DNA of 64,000 nt from Mobula hypostoma (Eukaryota): assembly GCF_963921235.1 (NCBI RefSeq), contig NC_086097.1:49602001-49666000 (forward strand). Reading direction: 5' to 3'. The position numbers and the translations under genes were made by a program. Of this stretch, positions 14,373-26,479 are shown one piece after another (positions within the stretch are counted from its first letter, which is position 1; the number at the start of each line of letters is the position of its first letter). The notes beneath the pieces were generated by a model. It made no database searches, was not told the DNA's origin, and worked only from the letters and a program-made list of their open reading frames with translations.

Positions 14373-14749
14373 GCCAGAAACCTTTCCTCTGTTAGGTCAC
14401 ACCCCCGGCGGTATCCAAAGTGATATCCCTGTTGTTGCCAGAAACCCGACCACTGTGCCTTTCCTCTATTAGGTCACATCCCCGCCGACAGTGTCCAAAG
14501 TGATATCCCTGTTGTTGCCAGAAACCCGACCACTGTGCCTTTCCTCTGTTAGGTCACACCCCCCCGACAGTGTCCAAATTGATATCCCTGTTGTTGCCAG
14601 AAACCCGACCACTGTGTCTTTCCTCTGTTAGGTCACACCCCCGACAGTATCCAAAGTGATATCCCTGTTGTTGCCAGAAACCCGACCACTGTGTCTTTCC
14701 TCTGTTAGGTCACACCCCCGACAGTATCCAAAGTGATATCCCTGTTGCT
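14373..14749. repeat. Minisatellite, ~77-80-bp unit x5, inside the CR1 ORF1 region
   Basis: Units start at 14373 (shortened), 14437, 14517, 14596 and 14673: gccagaaacccgaccactgtgyctttcctctgttaggtcacacccccgacagtrtccaaagtgatatccctgttgtt. Confidence 0.9.
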
Positions 14750-14849
14750 GAGGGGGATGGACACAGGGGTACTCTGCACTGGCTCTTTAACCGCTTTCTC
14801 CTTCCTATCACCTAGTCTCCTGTGTCCTGCACCTTGGGTGTAACCATCT

Positions 14850-15260
14850 ACAAATTGTAGACCTTCTACAAATTCCCTCTCTCAGGATCCAAAATCAGTA
14901 CCAGCCTGATTTTCCCAATCTACCTGCATATTAAAATCCCCATGACTAGTGTAACACCCTTTTGACATGTATTTTCTTTCTCATTTTGTAATCTGTAGCC
15001 CACTTCCTGGCAACTGTTCGGAGGCCTGTATATAACTCCCATCAGGGTCTTTTTACCTTTATAGTTTCTTAATTCCACCCACAAGGGTTCTGCATCTCCT
15101 GAACCTATGTCACCCCTTTCTAAGGATTTGATTTCATTTTTTACCAACAGAGCCATGCCACCCCCTTTGCCTACCTGCCTGTCCTTTTGCCACAATGTGT
15201 ATCCTTGAGTGTTAAGCTCCCAACTAAAATCTTCTTTCAGCCACGATTCAGTGATGGCAC
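14850..15260 (-). mobile_element. CR1 endonuclease fragment
   Basis: KDRQVGKGGGMALLV...WVELRN..MGVIYRPPNS (14920-15195). Confidence 0.85.
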
Positions 15261-15279
15261 GTCACACCTGGAAATCCAA

Positions 15280-16350
15280 AGCAAGGCACACACAATGCTG
15301 GCAGAGGCAGGAAGCTCAGCAGATCAGGCAGCATCTACGTAGACAGTCGGCGTCTTGAGCCAAGACCCTTCTTTGAGACTGGAAAGGAAGGGGGAAGATG
15401 CTGGAATGAAAAGTTTGGGGGAGGGGAACGAGGCTAGCTGGAAGGTGATAGGTGAAGTCAGGTGGGTGGGAAAGGTCAAGGGCTGGAGAAGAAGGCATCC
15501 AATAGGAGGAGAGTGGACTGTAAGAGAAAGGGAAGGAGGAAGGGTAGTGATAGACAGGAGAGAAGAGGTAAAAGGCCAGAGTGGAGAACAGAGGAAAAGG
15601 GGAGGGAATTTTTTTTTACCAAAAGGAGAAATCAATATTCATGCCATCAGGTTGGAGGCTATCCAGATTGAATATGTGTTGCTTCTCCACCCTGAGGGTG
15701 GCCTCATCTTGGCACACATGGAGGCCATGGACTGACATGTCAAAACAGGAATGGGAATCAAAATTAAAATGTATAGCCACTGGGATTTTTGGCCTTTAGT
15801 AGATGGAGCAGAGGTGCTCAACAAAGCCGTCCCCCAACTTACGACGGGTCTCACCTGTGTAGAGGAGGCTGCATGGGGAGCACCAGACACAATAGATGAC
15901 TTCAGCAGATTCGCAGATGAAGTGTTGCCCCACCTGGAAGGACTGTTTGGGACCCTGAATGGAGGTGAGGGAGGAGGTAAATGGGTAGGCCTGGCACTTA
16001 GATCGCTTGCAGAGATAAGTGCTGGAAGGGAGATTAGTGGGGAGAGACAAACGGACAAGGAGATCGCGGAGGGAGCAATCCCTGCAGAATGCGGGGTGGG
16101 GGTGGGGTGTAAAGTAAAGATATGTTTTGTGGCAGGATCCCTTTGGAGATGGCGGAAGTTGTGGCGGATGATATGTTGGCTGCGGAGGCTCATGGTGTGG
16201 TAGGTAAGGACGAGACAAGGCAACGGGAAGATGAGGTGAGCACAGATGTTTTGGAAATGGAGGATGTGCAGGTGAGGGCAGCATCAATGGTGGAGGTAGG
16301 GATACCCCATTCTTTGAAGAAGGAGGACATCTCAAATGTCCTGGAAAGGA
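15280..16350 (-). mobile_element. Degenerate Penelope-like element (RT C-terminus, GIY-YIG, tail)
   Basis: LVLTYH..QHIIRHNFRHLQRDP; VIYCVWCSPCSLLYTGETRRKLGD; same tail family as the 47.5-49.1 kb copy. Confidence 0.85.
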
Positions 16351-16569
16351 AAGAAAAAATTTTACAATATTGTGTGCAAAACTGTGGAAAGTGGTTTTGT
16401 TTACTAAAGCCCAATTAGATGTTATTAACTTGGAACCTCCCATCCTGAGGGAAATAGAAAATAGTGTTATTTGTTAAACATTCACAATATTAACTCACAA
16501 TATTCACAAGATAAATTTTTTATTAACAGCTAACTTAAAGATGCAATTTTAGTGCAGCTGTTTTAGCAG

Positions 16570-17229
16570 ACCTGGAAGGAATATAGACAACCTGACAAGA
16601 ATGTACTGATGATTGAACAGATTCTTTACAGTTTGAATGCAGTAAGTCATTTTTTTCTGCTCCATTTCAGGACAATTGTTCTTAAAAAAAATTTAAAAAT
16701 TATTTCTCAATGTTCACAGCCAGATACTAACAAGACTTGATGGATTTGATCTAAAGGAAAATATCGATTAATGACATTTAAAGTGTCATGTCCAGCAAGT
16801 GTCAAAAATATAGTATATTTCAGTCAGTAAAGACCTTTCCTAGAACGAACAAGTGCATCCTTCAATAACTGTGTTCAGTAGATGACTTAAACTAAAGTTA
16901 GACCATGTTTTAGATTTAATTTCCTCCTCTCAAACTATGGCATAGATCCTGCTGCTGCAGCTGTTGTGTCTCACAGAGGCCATTTGATGTTTACACATTT
17001 TACAAGAGGTAAACAAATTATAAGCGACGCTTTGGTTGGACTCCAGACTATTTTTGACCTTTACCATGCATTGCACGGGTAAGCTTATTGAATTGAATGG
17101 GCCTTAGAGAGTTATTCAGTTTACTGATTAAATTAGTCAGCTCTTTCATGTACTCATTACCTAGCTTTTATAATTTACAGGAAACTAGAAACTTGTAGTG
17201 TACTGAAACAAAATTCAATCTATTTGAAG
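16570..17229 (+). other. Cluster of exon-like segments of an unidentified, possibly decayed gene
   Basis: AG/GT-bounded open segments at 16570-16641 (TWKEYRQPDKNVLMIEQILYSLNA), 16914-17078 (FNFLLSNYGID..GLQTIFDLYHALH) and 17181-17229 (KLETCSVLKQNSIYLK). The last two are phase-compatible. Confidence 0.35.
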
Positions 17230-17367
17230 GTTTGTGTGTACCTGCAAAACACACGATAAATATATAGGTATGCTAGGAATGTCCAATTCAAACCGTGTAA
17301 GAACTCTCTTGATACTCATACATTTTAAATCCATGAGCTTCCCTTAATTTTGTCACTGCTTTGAAGT

Positions 17368-17420
17368 CTCTCTCTCTCTCTCTCTATATATATATTATAT
17401 ATATATATATACACACACAC
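17368..17420. repeat. Compound microsatellite (TC)n(TA)n(CA)n
   Basis: Directly visible in the sequence. Confidence 0.9.
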
Positions 17421-18314
17421 AAATGTATAAACATATCATTACACAAAAAATGAAAGGCAAATTTTGTCAAAGCAGATAACCTTTTTCAAAATCTCTTACA
17501 AATTTTACAATATTTGGACAAGCAACTGGATACCAATAAACTTTCATATGCATTTCTGTTAAGAAATGCTTACAATCCACCTGTAGTTGGTGATCTTGTT
17601 TCTTGCAAACTGTCAAGTTCTGTCCCTTCCACTGGCTAAGTAATAAAATTGAAGAAAGTGTGGTCTTCTCCCATCATCTGTGGATTCTATGCTGACATCT
17701 GTTGAACAGAAGAGATTTTTTTTATTATTTCAAAATATACTTTATTCAAAAATAAATATATACAATAAACCATTCAATAACTTTTCATCCTTTACATACG
17801 TTTCCATTATAGTCAGTACATATCCGTATTTATAGCCACCCACGTGGCACTCCAGTAGTTCAGCTTACCATATCATTGTTGAGGGGTATACTCCCTGCCC
17901 CCCCGACCCCTCCCACTCCCACGGGTGGAGGAACCTATACTGTGGTCCTAGATCAATAACTGCAATATACGGCATTTTACACCAATTGCAGTTTGTTTTA
18001 AAATTTTGACTTATTTCAGACACACATTCAAAGTAGTAAGTAGATAACTTCTTAGATTCGTTTTTGACAGAGCTGGACTACATGAAATTCCCATAGCTTC
18101 TATTTCTGGTTTTAAAGTGATTATTAAGACAATTAAGCACCAACAGGGAAAAAGAACTCCTTTCATTTAATTGTATCCAAAAATATGCAAGAACTCAATA
18201 CCTCTATCAGGGATTGATAGTTATAGTCAGTACAGTAAATTCTTCATCAAAGTACCTTGTATCCATTTCAAGGTCAGTTGAGACTTAAATGGCATGTGAA
18301 GCTATTAAAGTTGT

Positions 18315-18735
18315 TGGGCAGATTAAGAGAATGAGCAAAGAAGTGGCGAATGGAATACAGTGACAGGAAGTGTATGGTGATGCAGTTTGGTAGATGGAAT
18401 AAATAAACAGGGAGATATTTCAAAAATCAAAGGTGCAAAGGGACTTGGGAGTCCTCACGCAGAATTTCCTAAAGGTTAATCAGTGGTGAGGAAGGCAAAC
18501 ATAATGTTAGCATTCACTTGGAGAAGACTAGAATATAAAGGCAAGGATGCAATGCTGGGCTTTATAGGGCACTAGTGAGGCCTCACACAGAGTATTATGA
18601 GCAGTTTGGGCCTCTTAATTAAAAAAGGATGTGCTGACATTGGAGAGGGTTCAGAGGAGGTTCATGAGAATGATTCCTGGAATGAAAGGCTTATCATGTG
18701 AGGAGTGATTAATGGCTCTGGGACTTCACTTGCTG
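18315..18735 (+). mobile_element. CR1 RT fragment
   Basis: Degenerate WAKKW.MEY..KC.VM.FG, DLGVL and LERVQRRF motifs. Confidence 0.8.
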
Positions 18736-20894
18736 GCCCAAGAGGAGGCCATGAATCAACACATGGAACGTGAATGGGAGTCGGAATCAAAATGTTTGGG
18801 TGCTGGGAAGAATTTACCTTGCATTATTTCCTTTGCGTCATCATAGCCACTACCTAACCTCATGAGGAAAATAACAACTGTTTGCATTTATATGTTATCT
18901 TTAACATAGTAAAATGTCAAATCAGTTGAAAGTCACATAGAAACAAAACTGAGCTAAATTTAGTTCTATCCAAATATGAATTTGCATGGTCAGAGGTGAA
19001 AGCAGAAATACAATTTGACAAAAATGTTATTAAATTTGATGTAAATAAGATCTTTGATAGTTGAAATATGTGAACCAATATTTGAAGCATTCCTGTATAT
19101 TGGTGTAATCACATTAATCATTGTAGATCTGTTATATTTGTGATCATTGTTATTGTGTATCAGCATTAAAGTACCTAAGTTATTCAGATTTCATTTGTAT
19201 CTGTGGACTTGGAAAGGAATTCAGGCCAGAACACTAAAAAACTGTCAACTCACCCTTAAGGTTCCCCATTAGAAACATTGAAATGGACATTTTATTTTAC
19301 TCGGCATACAGCACTACCAAAGTGGCATGCTTTGAGAACTACACAAATGTCAACCTAAATTCAAGTACTGGTGCTGAAGTTCTGAAGCATAATTTGATCT
19401 CTCACTCTCTTGGCCCAGAGATGAGAGCCAAACAGGCACAGCTAATAATTAACCTCCTGAAATGCTGGCAATCACACAGCAGCTCAGTGACATCCATGGA
19501 GAGAGAAACAAAATTAAGCTTCAGAGACAAATTTTTAGAATTAGAGCTTCGTAAATAAGTGGGAATTGCATCAGAGGAGCTGATCTTTGAAGTGGACCTT
19601 CCTCAAGGAAAATAGCAGTTGAGTTAAAAGGTCATTATTTGGAAATATTGCTATTTTTATCTTCATGGATGCTGCCTGGCTTAGTCGGTATTTTATAAAT
19701 TCCGTTTTTATTTAACAAACCTCCGGCATTTTTACAGTGTAAGAGCAAATCAAATTTACTCAGCAATTTCCAGAACTATTTTCATCTGACCAGGCATTGC
19801 TCCATCATGTAGAATTCACAATAACCATGCCAGGGTAATGTGTTTGCAGTATTTTCAAGGTCTTTACTAAGTCCAATTTATTGCCTTTCTGGAAATACCT
19901 TTGAGAATGTGCTAATGAGCTGCAATCAATACAATCTGTCTGCTCAGCCCAATTCATCAATTGGTGAAAATTCAGAAATAAATAAATTACTCCCTTACAC
20001 AAAGTCATTTTGATTAAACATGCTGTATAAAACAATACACTGTCCAATAATATAAATAATTAACAAATTGCTAAGTGCTTTATTGTTATGCCTGATCAGG
20101 AATTCCCTACAAGTATAAAAAAGAAATAACATGAAATATCTCTATTTCACATATAAAAGGAATTAGACATAAATTTAACAAGACAAACTAATGAAGTGTT
20201 AACAATATCTGGTGCATTGCTTTTTTTAAAATTGCTTTTACTTATTTCTTCTCAAAAAATGCATTCCTTGCAGCCCTTAGACATTCCAAGTGTAATCAGC
20301 TGTTATATAGGAAAAGAGAATGGTCAAAGTGCTAAAAACAATCCATAAAACAATGGTTGTTGGCCTCCTAATCTGAGACACAAGAGATTCTGCAGATGCT
20401 GTAAACCTTGAGCAACACACAAAAAATGCTGAAGGAACTCAAGGCTTACCTAGTTTTCCAGCATATTTGTGCTTGTGGCCTCCTAATCTATTTTGTTGAT
20501 GCTGTTGCAAGGAAAAAAATTGGCCAGCAAAGGGGTTTACTTGTGACCATCTAAGCATTAGTATGGGTCCTTGGTTTAAGCAGCATTTTCTGCCAGGAAT
20601 CATATATTTACACGCTGCTTCAAATATGTGAGTTGCTCGAGGCATATACAAAGTATTAAAGTTAAATTTAATTCTTTTGTAATCATATTTTCACCTCTCC
20701 CTATGTGCAACAATTGCTCAGATTGATTGTAGAACAATTCATAGTAGGATTGTTTATAACTGTGTAGGTGCTAAAGCCCTAAAAGATAACACACATCTTT
20801 GTTTGGGATTGTTTTTCAATAACCCAGAGAGGAGAGATTTGGCTTCTGGTGACAGAGTACATGGAAATCTGATCTCCTCCATAAGAATAAACCC

Positions 20895-21446
20895 GAACAC
20901 GAGGAATTCTGCAGATGCTGGAAATTCAAGCAACTCACGTCAAAGTTGCTGGTGAACGCAGCAGGCCAGGCAGCATCTCTAGGAAGAGGTGCAGTCGACG
21001 TTTCAGGCCGAGACCCTTCGTCAGGACTAACTGAAGGAAGAGCTAGTAAGAGATTTGAAAGTGGGAGGGGGAGGGGGAGATCCAAAATGATAGGAGAAGA
21101 CAGGAGGGGGAGGGATGGAGCCAAGAGCTGGACAGGTGATAGGCAAAAGGGGATACGAGAGGATCATGGGAAAGGAGGTCCGGGGAGAAGGAAAAGGGGG
21201 AGGGGGGGAAAAACTCAGAGAATGGGCAAGGGGTATAGTCGGAGGGACGGAGGGAGAAAAAGGAGAGAGAGAGAAAGAATGTGTGTAAATAAATAAATAA
21301 CGGATGGGGTACGAGGGGGAGGTGGGGCATAGCGGAGGTTAGAGAAGCCAATGTTCATGCCATCAGGTTGGAGGCTACCCAGACGGAATATAAGGTGTTG
21401 TTCCTCCAACCTGAGTGTGGCTTCATCTTTACAGCAGAGGAGGCCC
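20895..21446 (-). mobile_element. Penelope-like element 3' end
   Basis: [31 protein letters not shown] (GIY-YIG C-terminus) plus a tail nearly identical to 48740-49125. Confidence 0.9.
20992..21033 (-). ncRNA. Minimal type I hammerhead ribozyme motif (Penelope-associated)
   Basis: Minus strand reads cagttagtc-CTGACGA-agggtctcggcct-GAAA-CGTC-gactg: intact core, stem I agtc/gact, palindromic ACGT stem III. Confidence 0.75.
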
Positions 21447-22010
21447 AAACAACTTTTCATGGTCCTGGCCGTAGAAGGGAAGGCAGCCACACATCACCTC
21501 ATACATCACACCTCCAAATCCTCACCAATCTCTAGCCTGTCCGTCGTCCTGTAAATGTGTTAATTGTTATAGAATTATCAAACAAGTAGAGTTACACTTG
21601 AATTCAGATTCTGAAATGCAATCACTATTTCAACATCAGAAACAGAAGAATCAAAGCTAAAAACAGCAGTCAGACCGAGGAATGAAAATTTCCCAAGATA
21701 CCTGAGATATCCATCATTCAGAATAGATAATAAAATAAAATTAACAACTAATTTTTGATTACCTTCAACTTTATAGAGGGTTACTCATTCTCAGGACAAA
21801 CCTTTGACAAGAAAGAAAGAATAATCCAGTGAAATGTAGATCACCAGACTCAGCGCAACTTTCATTGGTAACAAGATAAACAATTTGCATGAATTCTACA
21901 TTTGCTAGTTAAATTTTATTCCATGCTCTACAAATATGGCATTATTCATATTTAAAATATGTTCTATCATTTTTTAAATCATTCCAACTCTAGAATATAC
22001 TGAATATACT

Positions 22011-25000
22011 GAGTGCCAGGGTCCGGGATGTCTCTGACCGGGTGCACGACATCCTGGTACGAGAGGGAAAGCAACCAGAAGTCGTGATATATGTTGGTAC
22101 CAACGACATAGGCAGGAAGAGGGATGAGGTCCTGAAGTGTGAGTTTCGGGAACTAGGGAGAAGGCTGAAGAACAGGATCTCAAGGGTGGCGTTCTCAGGA
22201 TTGCTGCCAGTACTATGGGACAGTAATGGTAAGAATTGGAGGAGATGGCAGTTGAATGCGTGGCTGAGGAGTTGGTGCAGGGGGCAGGGATTTAGATTTT
22301 TAGATCATTGGGATCTCTTCTGGGGAAGGTGGGACCTGTACAGATTGGATGGGTTGTTCCTGAACTGGAGGGGGAGCAATATCCTTGCAGGTAGGTTTGC
22401 TAGTATGGTTCGGGAGGGTTTAAACTAATTTGCAAGGGGGATGGGACCCGGAGCGATAGAGCTGTGAAAGAAGTGCATGGAGTAAAGCCAGATCTAACAT
22501 ATAGAGAGGCTTTGAGGAAAGAGAAGCAGAATAAACGGTGTAAAGACAGTCAGATAAAAGGGCTGAAGTGTGTGTACCTCAATGCAAGAAGCATCAGGAA
22601 CAAAGCTGATGAACTGAGAGCTTGGAGACATACATGGAATTATGATGTAGTGGCCATTACAGAGACTTGGCTGGCACCAGGGCAGGAATGGATTCTCAAT
22701 ATTCCTGGATTTCAGTGCTTTAAAAGGGATAGAGAGGGGGGAAAAGGGGAGGAGGGGTGGCATTACTGGTCAGGGATACTATTACAGCTACAGAAAGGGT
22801 GGGTAATGTAGCAGGATCCTCTTTTGAGTCAGTATGGGTGGAAGTCAGGAACAGGAAGGGAGCAGTTACTCTACTGGGGGTAGTCTATAGGCCCCCTGGT
22901 AGCAGCAGAGATACAGAGGAGCAGATTAGGAGGCAGATTTTGGAAAGGTGCAAAAATAACAGGGTTGTTATCATGGGTGACTTTAACTTCCCTAATATTG
23001 ATTGGCACCTGATTAGTTCCAAGGGTTTAGATGGGGCAGAGTTTGTTAAGTGTGTCCAGGATAGATTCCTGTCACAGTATGTGGACAGGCCGACTAGGGG
23101 GAATGCCATACTAGATCTAGTATTAGGTAATGAACCGGGTCAGATCACAGATCTCTCAGTGGGTGAGCATGTGGGGGACAGTGACCACCGCTCCCTGGCC
23201 TTTAGCATTATCATGGAAAAGGATAGACTCAGAGAGGACAGGAAAATTTTTAATTGGGGAAGGGCAAATTATGAGGCTATAAGACTAGAACTTGCGGGTG
23301 TGAATTGGGATGATGTTTTTGCAGGGAAATGTACTATGGACATGTGGTCGATGTTTAGGGATCTCTTGCAGGATGTTAGGGATAAATTTGTCCTGGTGAG
23401 GAAGATAAAGAATGGTAGGGTGAAGGAACCATGGGTGACAAGTGAGGTGGAAAATCTAGTCAGGTGGAAGAAGGCTTACATGAGGTTTATGAAGCAAGGA
23501 TCAGATGGGTCTATTGAGGAATATAGGGAAGCAAGAAAGGAGCTTAAGAAGGGGCTGAGAAGGCCTTGGCGAGTAGGGTAATGGAAAACCCCAAGGCATT
23601 CTTCAATTATGTGAAGAAAAAAAGGATGACAGGAGTGAAGGTAGGACCGATTAGAGATAAAGGTGGGAAGATGTGCCTGGAGACTGTGGAAGTGAGCGAG
23701 GTCCTCAATGAATACTTCTCTTCGGTATTCACCAATGAGAGGGAACTTGCTGATGGTGAGGACAATATGAGTGAGGCTGATGTTCTGGAGCATGTTGATA
23801 TTAAGGGAGAGGAGGTGTTGGAGTTGTTAAAATATATTAGGATGGATAAATCATCGGGGCCTGACAGAATATTCCCCAGGCTGCTTCACAAGGCGAGGAA
23901 AGAGATTGCTGAGCATCTGGCTAGGATCTTTATGTCCTCGTTGTCCACGGGAATGGTACCGGAGGATTGGAGGGAGGCGAATGTTGTACCCTTGTTCAAA
24001 AAAGGTAGTAGGGATAGTCCGGGTAATTATAGACCGGTGAGCCTTACATCTGTGGTGGGAAAGCTGTTGGAAAAGATTCTTAGAGATAGGATCTATGGGC
24101 GTTTAGAGAATCATGGTCTGATCAGGGACAGTCAGCATGGCTTTGTGAAGGGCAGATCGTGTCTGACAAGCCTGATAGAGATCTTTGAGGAGGTGACCAG
24201 GCATATGGAAGAGGGTAGTGCAGTGGATGTGATCTAAATGGATTTTAGTAAGGCATTTGACAAGGTTCCACACTGTAGGCTTATTCAGAAAGTAAGAAGG
24301 CATGGGATCCAGGGAAGTTTGGCTAGGTGGATTCAGAATTGGCTTGCCTGCAGAAGGCAGAGGGTTGTGGAGGAAGGAGTTCATTCAGATTGGAGGATTG
24401 TGACTAGTGGTGTCCCACAAGGATCTGTTCTAGGACCTCTACTTTTCGTGATTTTTATTAACGACCTGGATGTGCGGGTAGAAGGGTGGGTTGGCAGGTT
24501 TGCAGATGACACAAAGGTTGGTGGTGTTTTAGATAGTGTAGAGGATTGTCAAAGATTGCAGAGAGACATTGATAGAATGCAGAAGTGGGCTGAGAAGTGG
24601 CAGATGGAGTTCAACCCGGAGAAGTGTGAGGTGGTACACTTTGGAAGGACAAACTCCAAGGCAGAGTACAAAGTGAATGGCAGGATACTTGGTAGTGTAG
24701 AGGAGCAGAGGGATCTGGAGGTACATGTCCACAGATCCCTGAAATTTGCCTCACAGGTAGGTAGGGTAGTTAAGGAAGCTTATAGGGTGTTAGCTTTCAT
24801 AAGTCGAGGGATAGAGTTTAAGAGTCGCAATGTAATGATGCAGCTCTATAAAACTCAGGTTAAGCCACACTTGGAGTACTGTGTCCAGTTCTGGTCGCCT
24901 CACTATAGGAAGGATGTGGAAGCATTGGAAAGGGTACAGAGGAGATTTACCAGGAAGCTGCCTGGTTTAGAGAGTATGCATTATGATCAGAGATTAAGGG

Positions 25001-25385
25001 AGCTAGGGCTTTACTCTTTGTAGAGAAGGAGGATGAGAGGAGACATGATAGAGGTGTACAAGACAGTAAGAGGAATAGATAGAGTGGACAGCCAGCGCCT
25101 CTTCCCCAGGGCACCACTGCTCAATAGAAGAGGACATGGCTTTAAGGTAAGGGGTGGGAAGTTCAAGGGGGATATTAGAGGAAGGTTTTTTACTTAGAGA
25201 GTGGTTGGTATGTGGAATGCACTGCCTGAGTCAGTGGTGGAGGCAGATACACTCGTGAAGTTTAAAAGACTACTAGACAGGTATATGGAGGAATTTAAGG
25301 TGGGGAGTTATATGGGAGGCAGGGTTTGAGTGTCGGCACAACATGTGGGCTGAAGGGCCTGTAATGTGCTGTACTATGTTCTACG
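22011..25385 (+). mobile_element. Near full-length, relatively young CR1 LINE (ORF1 esterase-like C-terminus + disrupted ORF2)
   Basis: ORF1 (22042-22428) has VGTND, an SGNH-like motif. ORF2 has YLNARSIRNK, ITETWL, YRPP, GDFNFP, SDH, NYRPVSLTS, DFSKAFDKV, GVPQGSVLGPLLF and FADD. It is broken by two frameshifts and stops at 24235 and 25021. Confidence 0.95.
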
Positions 25386-25487
25386 TTATTAAAGATCCTG
25401 TCAAGCTGGCGATGGTGCAGAAAAGATTTAGGAGGAGGCTGCCAGGACTAGAGGCCTGAGTCATAAGGAGCAGTTGGACATGCTGTA

Positions 25488-25552
25488 CAGTGCTCTGCAA
25501 AAGTCTTGGCCACATATATAGCTTGGGTGCCTAAGACCTTTGCACAGTACTG
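25488..25552. mobile_element. Tiny Tc1-like inverted-repeat element with TA flanks, within an insertion that splits a CR1 3' fragment
   Basis: cagtgctctgcaaaagtctt ... aagacctttgcacagtactg form inverted repeats, with TA on both sides. Confidence 0.6.
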
Positions 25553-26116
25553 TAGCAAATTTTTGTATTGCTTTGTACTGCTGCCGCAAGAAAAAAATTC
25601 ATGGCATATGTGAGTGGTGATAAACCTGATCCTTGTATGGGTCTCTTTCGTGGACTGAGAGTGGGAAGGAGGCAAGGAAAGGGGAATTATAGTTGGTAGA
25701 AGGAAGGGAGAAGGAAGCACCAGAGAAACATTCTGTAATGATTAATAAACCAATTGTTTGGAATCAAATGACCTTGCCCGGTGTCTCAGGGCAGGGTGTG
25801 TCTGAACCTGTGCCACCCCCTGCTCTTGGTACTCCTTCTCTGCCACCTGTCTCACACCCCTCCTGTGGCAGACCACCCTCGCCATTCCCAGCATCCTTTG
25901 CTCATACCAGATTTACAAACTCGCTCCCTGTTCCACGTTGACAAATATAGTACTGTATCTTTATTCCTTGGAACATAGGAACTTCATCGAAGTTTATAAA
26001 ATCATGAGGGATATGTATAAGATGGACAGTCATAATCTTCCCCAAGGTTGGGGACTCCAACAAGAAGGCACAGAAACAATGCAAGAGGAGAGAGTTTTAA
26101 ATGACACCAGAGAGGT

Positions 26117-26408
26117 AACACACATCAAAGTTGCTGGTGAACGCAGCAGGCCACGTAACATCTCTAGGAAGAGGTACAGTTGACGTTTCGGGCCGAGACT
26201 CTTCGTCAGGACTAACTGAAAGAAGAGGTAGTAAGAGATTTGAAAGTGGGAGGGGGAGGGGGAGATCCAAAATGATAGGAGAAGACAGGAGGGGGAGGGA
26301 TGGAGCCAAGAGCGGGACAGTTGATTGGCAAAAGGGATATGAGAGGATCACCGGACAGGAGGCCCAGGGAGAAAGAAGGGGGTGGGGGGAAGCTCAGAGG
26401 ATGGGCGA
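26117..26408 (-). mobile_element. Penelope tail fragment with hammerhead motif (26177-26218), inserted in a CR1 3' fragment
   Basis: Same tail as the other Penelope copies; minus strand CTGACGA-agagtctcggccc-GAAACGTC. Confidence 0.8.
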
Positions 26409-26479
26409 GGGTAGTGAGTACCTGGAATGAGCTGCCAGAGGAAGTGGTTGAGGCATGTACAGTTGCAACATTTATAAGT

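Larger units (their letters stand above)
10365..14850 (-). mobile_element. Long degenerate CR1 LINE (ORF1 remnant, APE endonuclease, RT, 3' end)
   Basis: Minus-strand fragments: LNVHCVRNK..DVIGITESWL (EN), LGASDH, IAKVAPLFKK, IGQSQHSFLKRKPCLTDL..FQKTFDKV (RT), FFSQRMVNLWNLLP. Frameshifted throughout; at least two CR1 copies may be joined here. Confidence 0.9.

Noticed and set aside
14373..14749. CRISPR-like array
   Set aside because: Head-to-tail repeats with no unique spacers, inside a eukaryotic LINE, and no cas genes.
20946..21296. Recurrent ORFs MLVNAAGQAASLGRG.. (also at 26131, 48724, 57566) suggesting a small gene family
   Set aside because: These are antisense readings of the Penelope tail repeat.
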